From: Azolla caroliniana
Taxonomy: Eukaryota > Plantae > Polypodiophyta
Assembly (NCBI GenBank): GCA_043228905.1
Contig: JBHGNT010000641.1
Location: forward strand, 1 to 18,566
Direction of reading: 5' to 3'
DNA length: 18,566 bases
Part shown: in pieces, positions 1 to 9,424 of the stretch
Layout of the letters: each line of letters begins with the position of its first letter
Position numbering within the stretch: the stretch's first letter is position 1
Notes under the pieces: generated by a model
The model's database searches: none
What the model was told of the DNA's origin: nothing
The model's input: only the letters and a program-made list of their open reading frames with translations
Position numbers and translations under genes: made by a program

Positions 1-835
1 TTGAAGAGTATTTAAGATATAAGGGATTAGGGAGAGCGACACTACGGGATCGAGGAAAGACATTGGCAGTAGGAATAGTAACAAAAATAATTGGATATGG
101 ATAAAAATTTTGTCAATTTTTCTAGCAATGCCATTTGTAACGAGAACTAGGTTAATGTTAAAGAGCTCTCCTCATTTACATAAGTTATTAATCTTTCTCC
201 ATTTGAATTAGATGTTGGATGCCATAATTTAAATGAAATGTTGATTGTGTCTATAATTACCTGTAAATGTGGCTTTGGTTATTATAATAAAGAGTAATGG
301 TTCTCTACCATGGACCATCTCTAAGGTACGACAACCATGGTGCACTTTTTATAGATACTTACATTTATATATATGATATCTATTGATAAAAAGTTTGCGA
401 TAAGTTTGTCGAATCGTCAAACTGTTATATGTGGATTGGTAGGTTTGAAAAAATGATTAACAGTTGTTTTTATTTGCTTTCAATGGTATGGGAGTTGTTT
501 AGGAGATTGTTATCGATTTACAAAATATCAAGAAAGAATTGATTGTGTTGGATTTTGTAGCTTTTGGCGAGGGGAATTTATTTGTTCGGAGGTCCATGTG
601 TGAAATTTTATGTTTGGAATACGACGTGGCATAAAATCTGTTTGTTAGAATAAAAAACCTACGTGATAATAATATTAATGACGTAGTTGCCCAATTAAAT
701 CACATAGACATTCTATCTTATCCTTGGATTTGTGAATGTGTTCCTGAACTTCAGTCAATGAAAGGGTCACAAAGACATTCTTATTCTAGTCATGAGCATG
801 GAAAGGTGCGAAATACGATGAATGTGAAACATGCT

Positions 836-1020
836 AAACCCTGAGACTAGCCATCAATCTTGTTATTCTGGTACGCAGCACCATTTTGAACCATTTGCAA
901 ACATAAAACACACATTTTTAACCCTGAAACCCACAAATATCTTGGCTTCCTGTCCTAACCGCGTATCAATCCCTCAACCCTATATGCGTAACAAACCCTA
1001 ACCTTAAACCCTGACAAACC
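836..1020 (+). promoter_or_regulatory. Telo-box (AAACCCTAA at 993-1001) within a cluster of degenerate AAACCCT motifs upstream of the PPR gene
   Basis: AAACCCTG (837, 1007), AACCCTGAAACCC (920), AACCCTA (976), AAACCCTAA (993). Telo-boxes are established plant promoter/5'UTR elements. Confidence 0.55.
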
Positions 1021-1143
1021 GCCGAAACGAATTGAACCATGGTTTAGCATGCAGAGAAGAGAATCACAGAAAGACCATATCTCCCTTGCTTTCATGGTGG
1101 GCTTTGACTTAATCAGGAGGAAAAAGAAGAGGAAGAAAAAAGC

Positions 1144-3531
1144 ATGAGAGTTTTTTGTTCTGTCTTCCGTCAAAACCTGAACTCTCTCAGAAAGAGGTAT
1201 GCTCATGTCTCATCCCTAGAAGAGGCACTTGGGAGAATCTTAAATGGCTCCGAAGAGGATATTCTTTCGTATTCTCTTCTATGTACAGCAACAAATCACA
1301 TTCCTTCCTTGTGTTTGCTCAAATGTTTCTTCTCTCTTGTAGTCATCGCAGGTTTTGATCATCATGTGGAGCTTTGCGATAATGTGATTGAAATCTATGC
1401 AAGATTTGCCTGTTTTGAAGATGCTTGTGCCGTATTCCATGGAATCGTACATAAGAATGTAACATCCTGGAATGCCATTATTGCAATATGTATTAACCAT
1501 GGCCACATACTTGATGTATTCTTGTTTTTCACACGAATGATTGAAAGAGGAGATGTTAAGCCTAACAAAATAACATTTATAAAGTTGCTAGCTGCAGCCT
1601 CACAGAATGCTTGTTTGATAGATTCAATGTTACTTCATTCTTTTATCGTGGAGCAAGATTTGGACTCAGATTTATTTGTGGGAAATGCATTGTTGAATTT
1701 GTATAATAAGTGTGGGAGTTTGACTGATACCGAGAGAGTGTTTTTATTGATGTCTGTTCGAGATGTTGTCTCATGGACAACTATGATCAATGCACATGAT
1801 GATGATGGTAAGAGAGCTTTTCAGACATTCCGAGAAATGCAATCTAGTGGTGTGAAACCAAATTTGATCACTTTCATTAGTCTGCTTAATGTTTTCAAGG
1901 GTCCTGCTTCATTGGCTAAAGGCAAAGAGGTTCATGCATTAATACAAAGCAATGGTTTGGAATCTGATCGGGTTATAGGGAATTCACTTATAAGTATGTA
2001 TGGGCGGTGTGGTTGTGTGGAGGAAGCAATGAGTGTATTTAACAAGATGCATGAACATGATGTGGTTTCGTGGAACGCAATAGTTTCAGCATATGCACAA
2101 CAAGGATATGGTAAGGATGCCATTGAAATGTTCAAGCGAGCATATAGCAAAGGTCTGAAGCCTAACAAAATAACTTTTGTTAGTGTTCTTGATGCCTATT
2201 CTAAGGAAAAGGCAGCAGATGAAGGCCGGTTGATACATGGTATGATTGTGGAAAATGCAATCAAATTGGATATCGTGATTGAGACTGCCCTCCTCAATAT
2301 GTATGGGAAATGTGGGAGTGTGATAGATGCAAAATGCATCTTTGAAAAGATGTTGGAGAAGAATGTGGTTTCATGGACAGCGATAATATCTTCATTTTCT
2401 CAGCATGGGTATCCTAGAGAGGCATTGGAGGTATTTGGTAAAATGATGATGTCGAAAGTAAGGCCGAACGAAGTAACGTATATCGCAGCCTTAGATGCTT
2501 GCACAGACCCAACATTTCAAAAGAAAGGAAGATTAATCCATTTCTCCATAGTTTGCTGTGAAGTGTCATTAGACACCATCATTGTGGGAAACACTCTTCT
2601 CAGTATGTACAACAATTGTGGCCAACTCGAAGATTCTATTGTATTATTTAAGAAATTGCGTGAGCCAGATGTAATTGCATGGACGGCTATGATCGGAGCA
2701 TATACACAACATAATTATGGAAAAGATGCATTACTTTGCTTTGCAAAGATGTTAGAGTGTAGAGTTACACCTAATGCTATCACCTTTATAAGTGTTCTGG
2801 ATGCATGTGCAGCCTTATCGGCTTTAGCTGATGGGAAGCTTGTACATTACTTTATCGTCCAGATGGGAATATTTTTAGACAGAGACATAGGAACTGCAAT
2901 AGTCAACATGTATGGAAAATGTGGGAGCTTGAGAGAAGCATATATGATATTTCTTAGTGTTATTGATAAAGATATCGTCTTTTGGAATGTGATGCTGGCT
3001 GCATATGCGCAACAGGGATATGGCAAACAAGCTCTCCAGCTTTATCGTTCAATGGAGGCAGAGAAATTGATCCCAAACGCTTTCACCTTCGTTAGTCTTA
3101 TCAATGCATGTAGCCATGCTGGTCTAGTTGAGTTAGGTCATCATTACTTTGAGTCTATGGAAGCAAAGTATCAGATTTGTCCTAGTATTGAGCACTATAT
3201 TTGCATGGTTGATCTTCTTGGACGTGCTGGGCAGCTGGAGGCAGCAGAGAAATTTATCAAAGAGATGTCTATTCCACCAACTGGGATGGTGTGGATGAGC
3301 TACTTGAGTTCTTGCAAACTGCATAATGACCTTGAAAAGGGGAAATTAGCAGCCGAAAAACTTAGGAAAATAGAACCAAAGAATTTAGGTGCATATGTTG
3401 TTCTGTCAAACATCCATGCTGCAACAAGGAAACAAAGTTTCTCTACTGAAGGTGGAAAGGAGATGTGGTTTGAGGAAGAACTTAATGGCGAAAACTTAAA
3501 AATCAAAATTGTCAGTAGTGACATGCTTTAG
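1144..3531 (+). CDS. PLS-class pentatricopeptide repeat protein (E subgroup, truncated E2, no DYW); probable organellar RNA editing/RNA-binding factor
   Basis: Intronless 795-aa ORF. Five P-L-S triplets (VVSW[N/T]...KPN; ITF.S.L.A...GK..H; GNAL..MYGKCGS...D), then P2-L2-S2 (LINACSHAGLV; HYICMVDLLGRAGQL), E1 (VWMSYLSSCKLH) and the start of E2 (AYVVLSNIHAA). The basic/Ser N-terminus resembles an organellar transit peptide. Confidence 0.95.
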   Translation: MRVFCSVFRQNLNSLRKRYAHVSSLEEALGRILNGSEEDILSYSLLCTATNHIPSLCLLKCFFSLVVIAGFDHHVELCDNVIEIYARFACFEDACAVFHGIVHKNVTSWNAIIAICINHGHILDVFLFFTRMIERGDVKPNKITFIKLLAAASQNACLIDSMLLHSFIVEQDLDSDLFVGNALLNLYNKCGSLTDTERVFLLMSVRDVVSWTTMINAHDDDGKRAFQTFREMQSSGVKPNLITFISLLNVFKGPASLAKGKEVHALIQSNGLESDRVIGNSLISMYGRCGCVEEAMSVFNKMHEHDVVSWNAIVSAYAQQGYGKDAIEMFKRAYSKGLKPNKITFVSVLDAYSKEKAADEGRLIHGMIVENAIKLDIVIETALLNMYGKCGSVIDAKCIFEKMLEKNVVSWTAIISSFSQHGYPREALEVFGKMMMSKVRPNEVTYIAALDACTDPTFQKKGRLIHFSIVCCEVSLDTIIVGNTLLSMYNNCGQLEDSIVLFKKLREPDVIAWTAMIGAYTQHNYGKDALLCFAKMLECRVTPNAITFISVLDACAALSALADGKLVHYFIVQMGIFLDRDIGTAIVNMYGKCGSLREAYMIFLSVIDKDIVFWNVMLAAYAQQGYGKQALQLYRSMEAEKLIPNAFTFVSLINACSHAGLVELGHHYFESMEAKYQICPSIEHYICMVDLLGRAGQLEAAEKFIKEMSIPPTGMVWMSYLSSCKLHNDLEKGKLAAEKLRKIEPKNLGAYVVLSNIHAATRKQSFSTEGGKEMWFEEELNGENLKIKIVSSDML

Positions 3532-4316
3532 AAAGAAAAGAGGCTCTGGCATTGATAGATATTGTTGATGGAACTAGAAAGTTTGGCAAGATCAATTTGA
3601 AGAGTCCCTTGATGTTGAAGTCTTTTTATTTTTAACAAATTATAAACTCAAGTCAGTCACATGAGATCTAGGCGCGAAGAGATGCTGTCAAATTTGGTCT
3701 TTCTCATGACAGTCAAGCTTGGTTGTTCTAGAAGAGACATGAAAGCCTTCCCACAACGGTTCTCTGGTTCTCTGTTGCACCTCGGACGTGGTCTGGCTGG
3801 TTCTCAAGGTAAATGACATGTTCACACCTATATGTATGTCTGACCGAGCAGACATAAATATAGGTAACTTCCAAAAAAGGGACAACACCTATATAGGAAT
3901 GTATGTATATTTAAGAGAAATTGCAAGTGCATTTTCAAAATGATTGAAATCAACATTGGAGCTCCCACCCAATCACTTCAAAATCCAAGCTTAAATGGCA
4001 TAAACTATATTTTTAGGTTATACATTAGCTTAACCTATCTAATATGGTCGGGTACAAAGCTTACTGTCCCTTACAATATCGACTATAATAGCGTCTATCT
4101 AATTAGTTTTTGCAGTTAAAGTAAAATGCCGGAACTGGTGTTAACTAAGCGTAGGAAAATAGCCCTGACATGTTAAAACCTTAAACCTCTAAGTGATTCA
4201 ATGATGAAGATAACGTCTGAAACATATGGTTTAGAAATTTCAATAAAGACAGGCCTACTTCCGTAAATTCAATAAAGACAGGCCAGGCCTGCTTCGTGAG
4301 GTTGCCATTTCCGTCC

Positions 4317-4727
4317 ATGCTTTCTTCTTCTTCCTCCTGCTCCTCCATCGAGATGATGACGATGAAGCTTTCTCCTTCTCCTTCTTCTTCTCCTCTCGAG
4401 AACACCCTCCTTCCACAGTCTGCTCGATTAGGATTTCCTTCTGCCTTATCTAATCACCTCCCCCTCCGCTCTCCTTCTTCTCTCTCTGACGTATCTCGAC
4501 CTTCTAATGTGCAGCAGAGATCTCGTTCAGTGTCAAGCCAGAATGTAAGAAGTCCGAAGAATCCTACGTTGGTTGTACGCTCAGCATTTTCCATCTTCCC
4601 AAATCTCTTTACTCCCAACAAGAAGACGAAAGACAGAGAAGCTCTCAAAGTCAAGCTTTTGGAAGCCATTTCTCCTTTGGACCGTGGTGCTTCTGCTTCT
4701 TCTGATGAAATCTCTCGCGTAGAAGAG
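4317..4727 (+). CDS. FBN3: FBN3-like exon 1
   Basis: ATG at 4317 (later in-frame ATGs are possible starts); ends GAG|GTAAAA, phase 0. Confidence 0.85.
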
Positions 4728-7700
4728 GTAAAAAAAATTCTTTAATTCTTAACTACCAACACAGTTCATTACTATCCATGCCTTTGGATGCGGAGAAAAA
4801 TTTCCATATTTTTAACATTTTGAAGGAAAACAAATGGTTGAAAGAAAGAAATAAAACAAAGGTTTTCATCCATTGTTTCACCTATTTGAAGGAAAGGCAC
4901 GGTTGAGAAAAATACACCAAACGGTCTTTTCTCAGGCGTTTCTGTTAACATTTTGAAGAAAACAACACATGAATGACAAAAAGACATCAGCCACTATGTT
5001 CTGTTAGTATCTTCAAATAAAGATAGTTGGAAACAATGTTAAGGCTAGGTTTTATGCAACCGCTCTTTACTACGCTCTAAATGTGGAAAAGGTTTTGTTT
5101 CTTTTTTGCATTTTGAAGGAAAGAATGGTTGAAAAATGTTTCTACTGTTTAACAAGTTTATATGCAAATCAGAGGTAACCTTTTCTCTCTTAACAATCAA
5201 ACACCATTAGCAGGCAAAGTTTGTTCGTTGCATTAGCATTATGAAAGAAAAACATGAATGGAGGCAATTCTAAGATTAAGGTTTTATCAAGGAAAACATT
5301 GTTGAAAATATTTTTAGCAACATTTTGGCATGTTGAAAACAATAATAAGCCTCGTTTAGGCTGCTAGCAATTGTCTAGCTTCTGCTTTTAGTTTTTTTTC
5401 GCACTCGAACTGTTGTGATGAACCGGTGCATATGGCCAGAGAACCAACCTTTGGTTCGAAATTGATTCAGCCGTCCCTTACGTCATGTTCATGCCTTGCA
5501 TTCCAATGATCACTGCGCTTCACTTGGCTCCAGAGAGCAAGAAGGCCCAGATAGAACAACAATCTCAGTGACAAAATTTACCTCGCTAGACGGTTTTCTG
5601 CATTGGCAGATAAAACTCGATATTTATGTTCTTTATGTCAGTGAACAATTGGATTTAAAGTTTTATTACCTTCTAGTTTAAATAGAAGGAAGCTCATGGC
5701 ATCAATTTATTAGTTCAAGCTTGATTTGGGTTGCATAATTCATTCTAACAACTCAAACACGTTTGCAGCTTGCACAGAACCTAGAAACTCTTAATCTTGT
5801 AAAAGAGACAGTCAAATCTCCTCTCATTAATGGGAAATGGGAGCTTCTTTACACAACCTCAGAGTCTGTTCTGAAAAAGCAGGTGAACAGTCTGTAAACT
5901 TAAAGCAAATGGTCGTTGCCTCTTCTCGATACATTTGTAAGCTTTCTTTGAGTCTGTGGTAAGCTATCTTTGAGTCTTCGATAAGCTATCTTTGATTCTT
6001 TGATAAGCGATATTAAACTGCTTTGACTCTTTGATAAGCTACCTTGACTCTTTGATAAGCTATATTGAGTTTTTGTCTTATGTGGACGATACAGAGGCCA
6101 AAACTTTTGAGGCCCAGTGGACCGATCTTCCAAGCTATCAATAATGATACTTTAAGAGCACAGAATATTGAGACATGGCCATTCTTCAACCAGGTATTCT
6201 AATCACTTGCATTTTATTGCTATCTTGAACATTGTCCACTTGTGTTTATGCACATTCAAATGATATGCATTTCCATTTGATATAGGTTACTGCAAATTTG
6301 AACCCCTTAACTGGCAGGAGAGTGGCTGTGAAATTCGATGTTTTCAAGATTGCTGGACTGGTAACACATTTTCTTGATTTATACTACCTGAGCGATTAAA
6401 TAGGGAAGAATAACAGAGATGGTGCATAAACTTCTACTCATTTTTATTGGATTTCAGTGTGCAGTGACAACTAAATAAACTCATTTCAATATGATCATGA
6501 TACAATAGAACGTGGGAAGAAACAAAATAACATGCATTACAAAGTAACTTGTGAGACTGTTACCATTCTCTCTCTCTCTCTCTCTATCAAACCATTGCCT
6601 CTTCAAACAAGGCTTTGGCCCTCATGTGCAAGGTCATAGAATACAAAGACCAATGGGGTTTGGAACTCTTCACAAAAGAAATCCAGAGACCTAGAGAGAA
6701 GGTGTTGAAGGACAGCAATACAATCATGACTTTCTTTAGCTCCAGCACTCCTGCATGTGCAATGAATCAGTCAAGGACTACACAATTGACATCTTGACCA
6801 AAACACTCAAAAGGGGTTACAAATAGATCTGGCAATAACAATGTGCCATGCTGTAGGCCACAAGTATTTGGACCACCACAACGTCATGTTGTGTTTATGT
6901 TGAGTAAGAGGCAATCCACAACAAAATTCATGGATACACTTGGCCATTTCCTGTCTAGAAAGCAAAAAGGTTGCTACAATCCAGGATAACGAACTCTGTC
7001 ATAGTTACAGGTCTTACAAGGCACATAGTCTAGCACATCCTAGTCCATACATGAACTCCAGTAGTAGAGCTTAAACAAATCTGTAGTTTTCCTTGTCATG
7101 CTCTCTTCAAAAAACATATATTCTTCATACTCCCAGAGAATGAAACTGTCATATATCTGTTTATGTGTATATTATGTATCTAATCGATGCATTTGAAGCT
7201 ATATGAGTGTTTTCTTTGCAGATAAGTATCAAGGCTCCTGAACGTGCACGAGGGGAATTAGAAATAACTTACTTGGATGAAGAATTGAGGTATCTTTTGA
7301 ACTAAATATTCTTTCTTCAAGAAAATAACATAAATAATTACAATGTAGATGCTGTCACATAGTTAGGATTTTATCATTCTCGTGGAGCTCAAATATGACC
7401 TATGACCATAGGGAGACATACAAAAGTTAATGTGCATTTGTATTTCCATACGTTCTCATGTGTCATATTCCCAACGTTTTGTTTTGTACATAAAGCAAAA
7501 CGTTGGGAATATGATACATGTAAAGCAAAACATTAGAGGAGAGAGAGAGAGAGCACTGACAGATGCAATAGCACAGTTAGTAAGATTGTCCATCAGAGAG
7601 CAGGTCACCCAATTAACCCCTATATTCTGCAGTGGCTACTAGTAAATTAGGGGAAAATATAGGTTAAAGATGTCTGAAGAATTGAGCTTTGAACACAAGC

Positions 7701-7889
7701 ACTTGTGTTCGTAGTTCAATTGCTTACCAGTAGGGTAAGTTTATTATAGAGAGAGAGAGAGAGAGAGAGAGAGGATGCTTACTAATTACAAGGGTAAATT
7801 TAATTATTACTTGCAGAATTTCAAGGGGAGACAAGGGCAATCTCTTTATATTGAAGATGATCGATCCCCTATATAGAGTGCCTACATAG
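4317..7889 (+). CDS. FBN3: Plastid lipid-associated protein / fibrillin, FBN3 (PAP4-like), chloroplastic; 6 exons, 279 aa
   Basis: Exons 4317-4727, 5769-5882, 6095-6193, 6286-6360, 7222-7289, 7817-7889; all introns GT-AG; 840 nt in frame. Ser/Pro-rich transit peptide, then [66 protein letters not shown], which match the FBN3 clade of PAP_fibrillin proteins. Confidence 0.92.
5769..5882 (+). CDS. FBN3: FBN3-like exon 2
   Basis: TTTGCAG|CTT...CAG|GTGAAC; LAQNLETLN...[18 protein letters not shown]. Confidence 0.9.
5938..6073. repeat. Minisatellite, ~21-22 bp x 6 imperfect units, in FBN3 intron 2
   Basis: Consensus TAAGCTATCTTTGA.TCTTTGA; units at 5938, 5960, 5982, 6004 (interrupted), 6035, 6056. 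Confidence 0.9.
6095..6193 (+). CDS. FBN3: FBN3-like exon 3
   Basis: ACAG|AGG...CAG|[39 protein letters not shown]. Confidence 0.9.
6286..6360 (+). CDS. FBN3: FBN3-like exon 4
   Basis: ATAG|GTT...CTG|GTAACA; VTANLNPLTGRRVAVKFDVFKIAGL. Confidence 0.9.
6567..6585. repeat. (TC)9 microsatellite in FBN3 intron 4
   Basis: Direct reading of the sequence. Confidence 0.9.
7222..7289 (+). CDS. FBN3: FBN3-like exon 5
   Basis: TTTGCAG|ATA...AG|[29 protein letters not shown]. Confidence 0.9.
7748..7773. repeat. (AG)13 microsatellite in FBN3 intron 5
   Basis: Direct reading of the sequence. Confidence 0.95.
7817..7889 (+). CDS. FBN3: FBN3-like exon 6
   Basis: TTGCAG|A...; [23 protein letters not shown]-stop (TAG 7887-7889). 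Confidence 0.9.
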
Positions 7890-8096
7890 GCAAATCCTAT
7901 CATCTGTATTTTTATTTCTTGTAGACAGTTTCAATAATAAATTCCCTCAAATTACCATGTTAAAGCTGGTGTCAGAAGTATCTTAAGAAGTATAATCTCA
8001 AGACTTCCTTCTGGCATCCGGTTGGTTTACTTTGTATGTGATGTTGTGGCTATGCAAGGAATTGTTTTCAATAACCACTTCAAATTATTATAGCTA

Positions 8097-8415
8097 GTGA
8101 AACTTGTCACCTGTTACCTGACTATTGATAGGTATTGTTCTCATTTGAATTTTGTTTTAGCTTGCGAAACTTGTCACCTGTTACCCGACTATAGATATGT
8201 TTTGTTCTCATTTGAATTTTGTTTTATCTCTGTAAAAGTCAAGTTTTATCAGGATTGTTCAAATTCAACTTGTGATCCAATTCATATGTTTTGTTTCCAT
8301 TGAATTTATATTTTTATCTCAGTATGAAGCAAGTTTATGTTTTGTTTTCATTTCTTTTGTTTTATCTCTGTACAAGTCAAGTTTTACTAAGATGCTTCAA
8401 AGTCAACTTGTATCC
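8097..8415. repeat. Nested, overlapping local duplications downstream of FBN3
   Basis: GAAACTTGTCACCTGTTACC.GACTAT...TTGTTCTCATTTGAATTTTGTTTTA occurs twice (~8099, ~8166); TTTTGTTTTATCTCTGTA.AAGTCAAGTTTTA...TTCAAA.TCAACTTGT occurs twice (~8217, ~8355). Confidence 0.85.
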
Positions 8416-8677
8416 ATGGTTAGGAATCCAACTATGATACGTCTAATCCATGTTAAGATCTGTGACATGGATGTGATGTAATGACTTCTTCATATCCATC
8501 TTATGGAAGCTTAGATGAATCCTATTGGTTTATTAGCGAGTTGAGTTGCTTGATTGCTGAATCAAGTGGCATAATCCAAGTGGTACTAGTTAATGATTCA
8601 TCATCCAAACCCTTTTATATCATGTCTCTATCTCCAATTTTGTAATTTTATCACCTACATTTGAATTTTCCTTGTAC

Positions 8678-8925
8678 CAAACAGACATTCCAAGACTCTA
8701 GGTTCCATGTGGCTTTATGTGGAGACGTTTGCACTTGGTCAATTCCTATGAATGATTTGCCAGAAATTTGGTATTGATCTAATTTTCAGGTTTGTCAAAC
8801 CAAAAGAAGACATTCAAAGACTTTAGGTTCCATGTGGCTTTGCATGAACTCAATCACAGTTGGTCAATTCCTATGAATGATTTTGCCAAAACTTTAATAT
8901 CGATCTAATATTGAGGTTGACAAAC
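8678..8925. repeat. Diverged tandem duplication of ~123 bp between the convergent genes
   Basis: AGACATTC.AAGACT.TAGGTTCCATGTGGCTTT...TTGGTCAATTCCTATGAATGATTT...GATCTAAT...AGGTT..CAAAC occurs twice. Confidence 0.88.
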
Positions 8926-9172
8926 AGGAGGCATACATGAATCTAATCTAAAACAAAGAAAACCAGAAGGCATACATGGAGGACTTCTAACGGTGGTTGC
9001 GAAGATACAAACATCAGTAGTTACAAAATTTTACATAATAGATAAGCTATTGTACAAATCAGGCCTTACCGCACTATGTACACACAACTCTTCCTAGCTA
9101 TCAATAAGGTATGGTAGTTAGTATCTGTAATCAATTACATATCCAAAACATGATCATTTATTGACAACAAAG

Positions 9173-9424
9173 CTAGTCATAATCTCGAAGAAACCTCTCC
9201 ATTGAGAGAGATTTCATTTTCTGTTGCTCTCCACTTATGCTGGAGACAGTAGTGCTCTCTATTCGGAGGTTTTTGACCGGTACTAATGACGGATCCTCAG
9301 CCCAATCATCATTACTTTCATCCTCTTCTTTAAAGACAGGATGCAAATAAGAATCTTTCAAGTAGTACTTTAGGTTAAGATTAGGTTCAGTTGCTCTCTC
9401 CAAGGTGTCCTTTGCCATCGCCTC
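9173..9424 (-). CDS. OSCA1: OSCA exon 11
   Basis: TTGTAG|; [19 protein letters not shown]...RDYD-stop. Confidence 0.9.
   Translation of the reverse strand, partial: EAMAKDTLERATEPNLNLKYYLKDSYLHPVFKEEDESNDDWAEDPSLVPVKNLRIESTTVSSISGEQQKMKSLSMERFLRDYD

Noticed and set aside
300-690. MITE-like segment (CATGGACC/GGTCCATG inverted pair) and ACGT-core motifs (ACGTGGC at 624-630)
   Set aside because: The inverted match is only 8 bp with no TSD, and short cis-motifs are too common to call without data.
836-1020. Interstitial telomere array
   Set aside because: Motifs are scattered and degenerate, not tandem TTTAGGG; better explained as promoter telo-boxes.
3661-3816. 51-aa plus-strand ORF downstream of the PPR gene, considered as a detached DYW exon
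   Set aside because: No E+/DYW motifs or other similarity; probably 3'UTR.
6600-6797. Possible LINE fragment (NKALALMCK...W) in FBN3 intron 4
   Set aside because: Only a 4-residue resemblance to the post-RT NKAL motif; no GGLG, RT motif, poly(A) tail or TSD.
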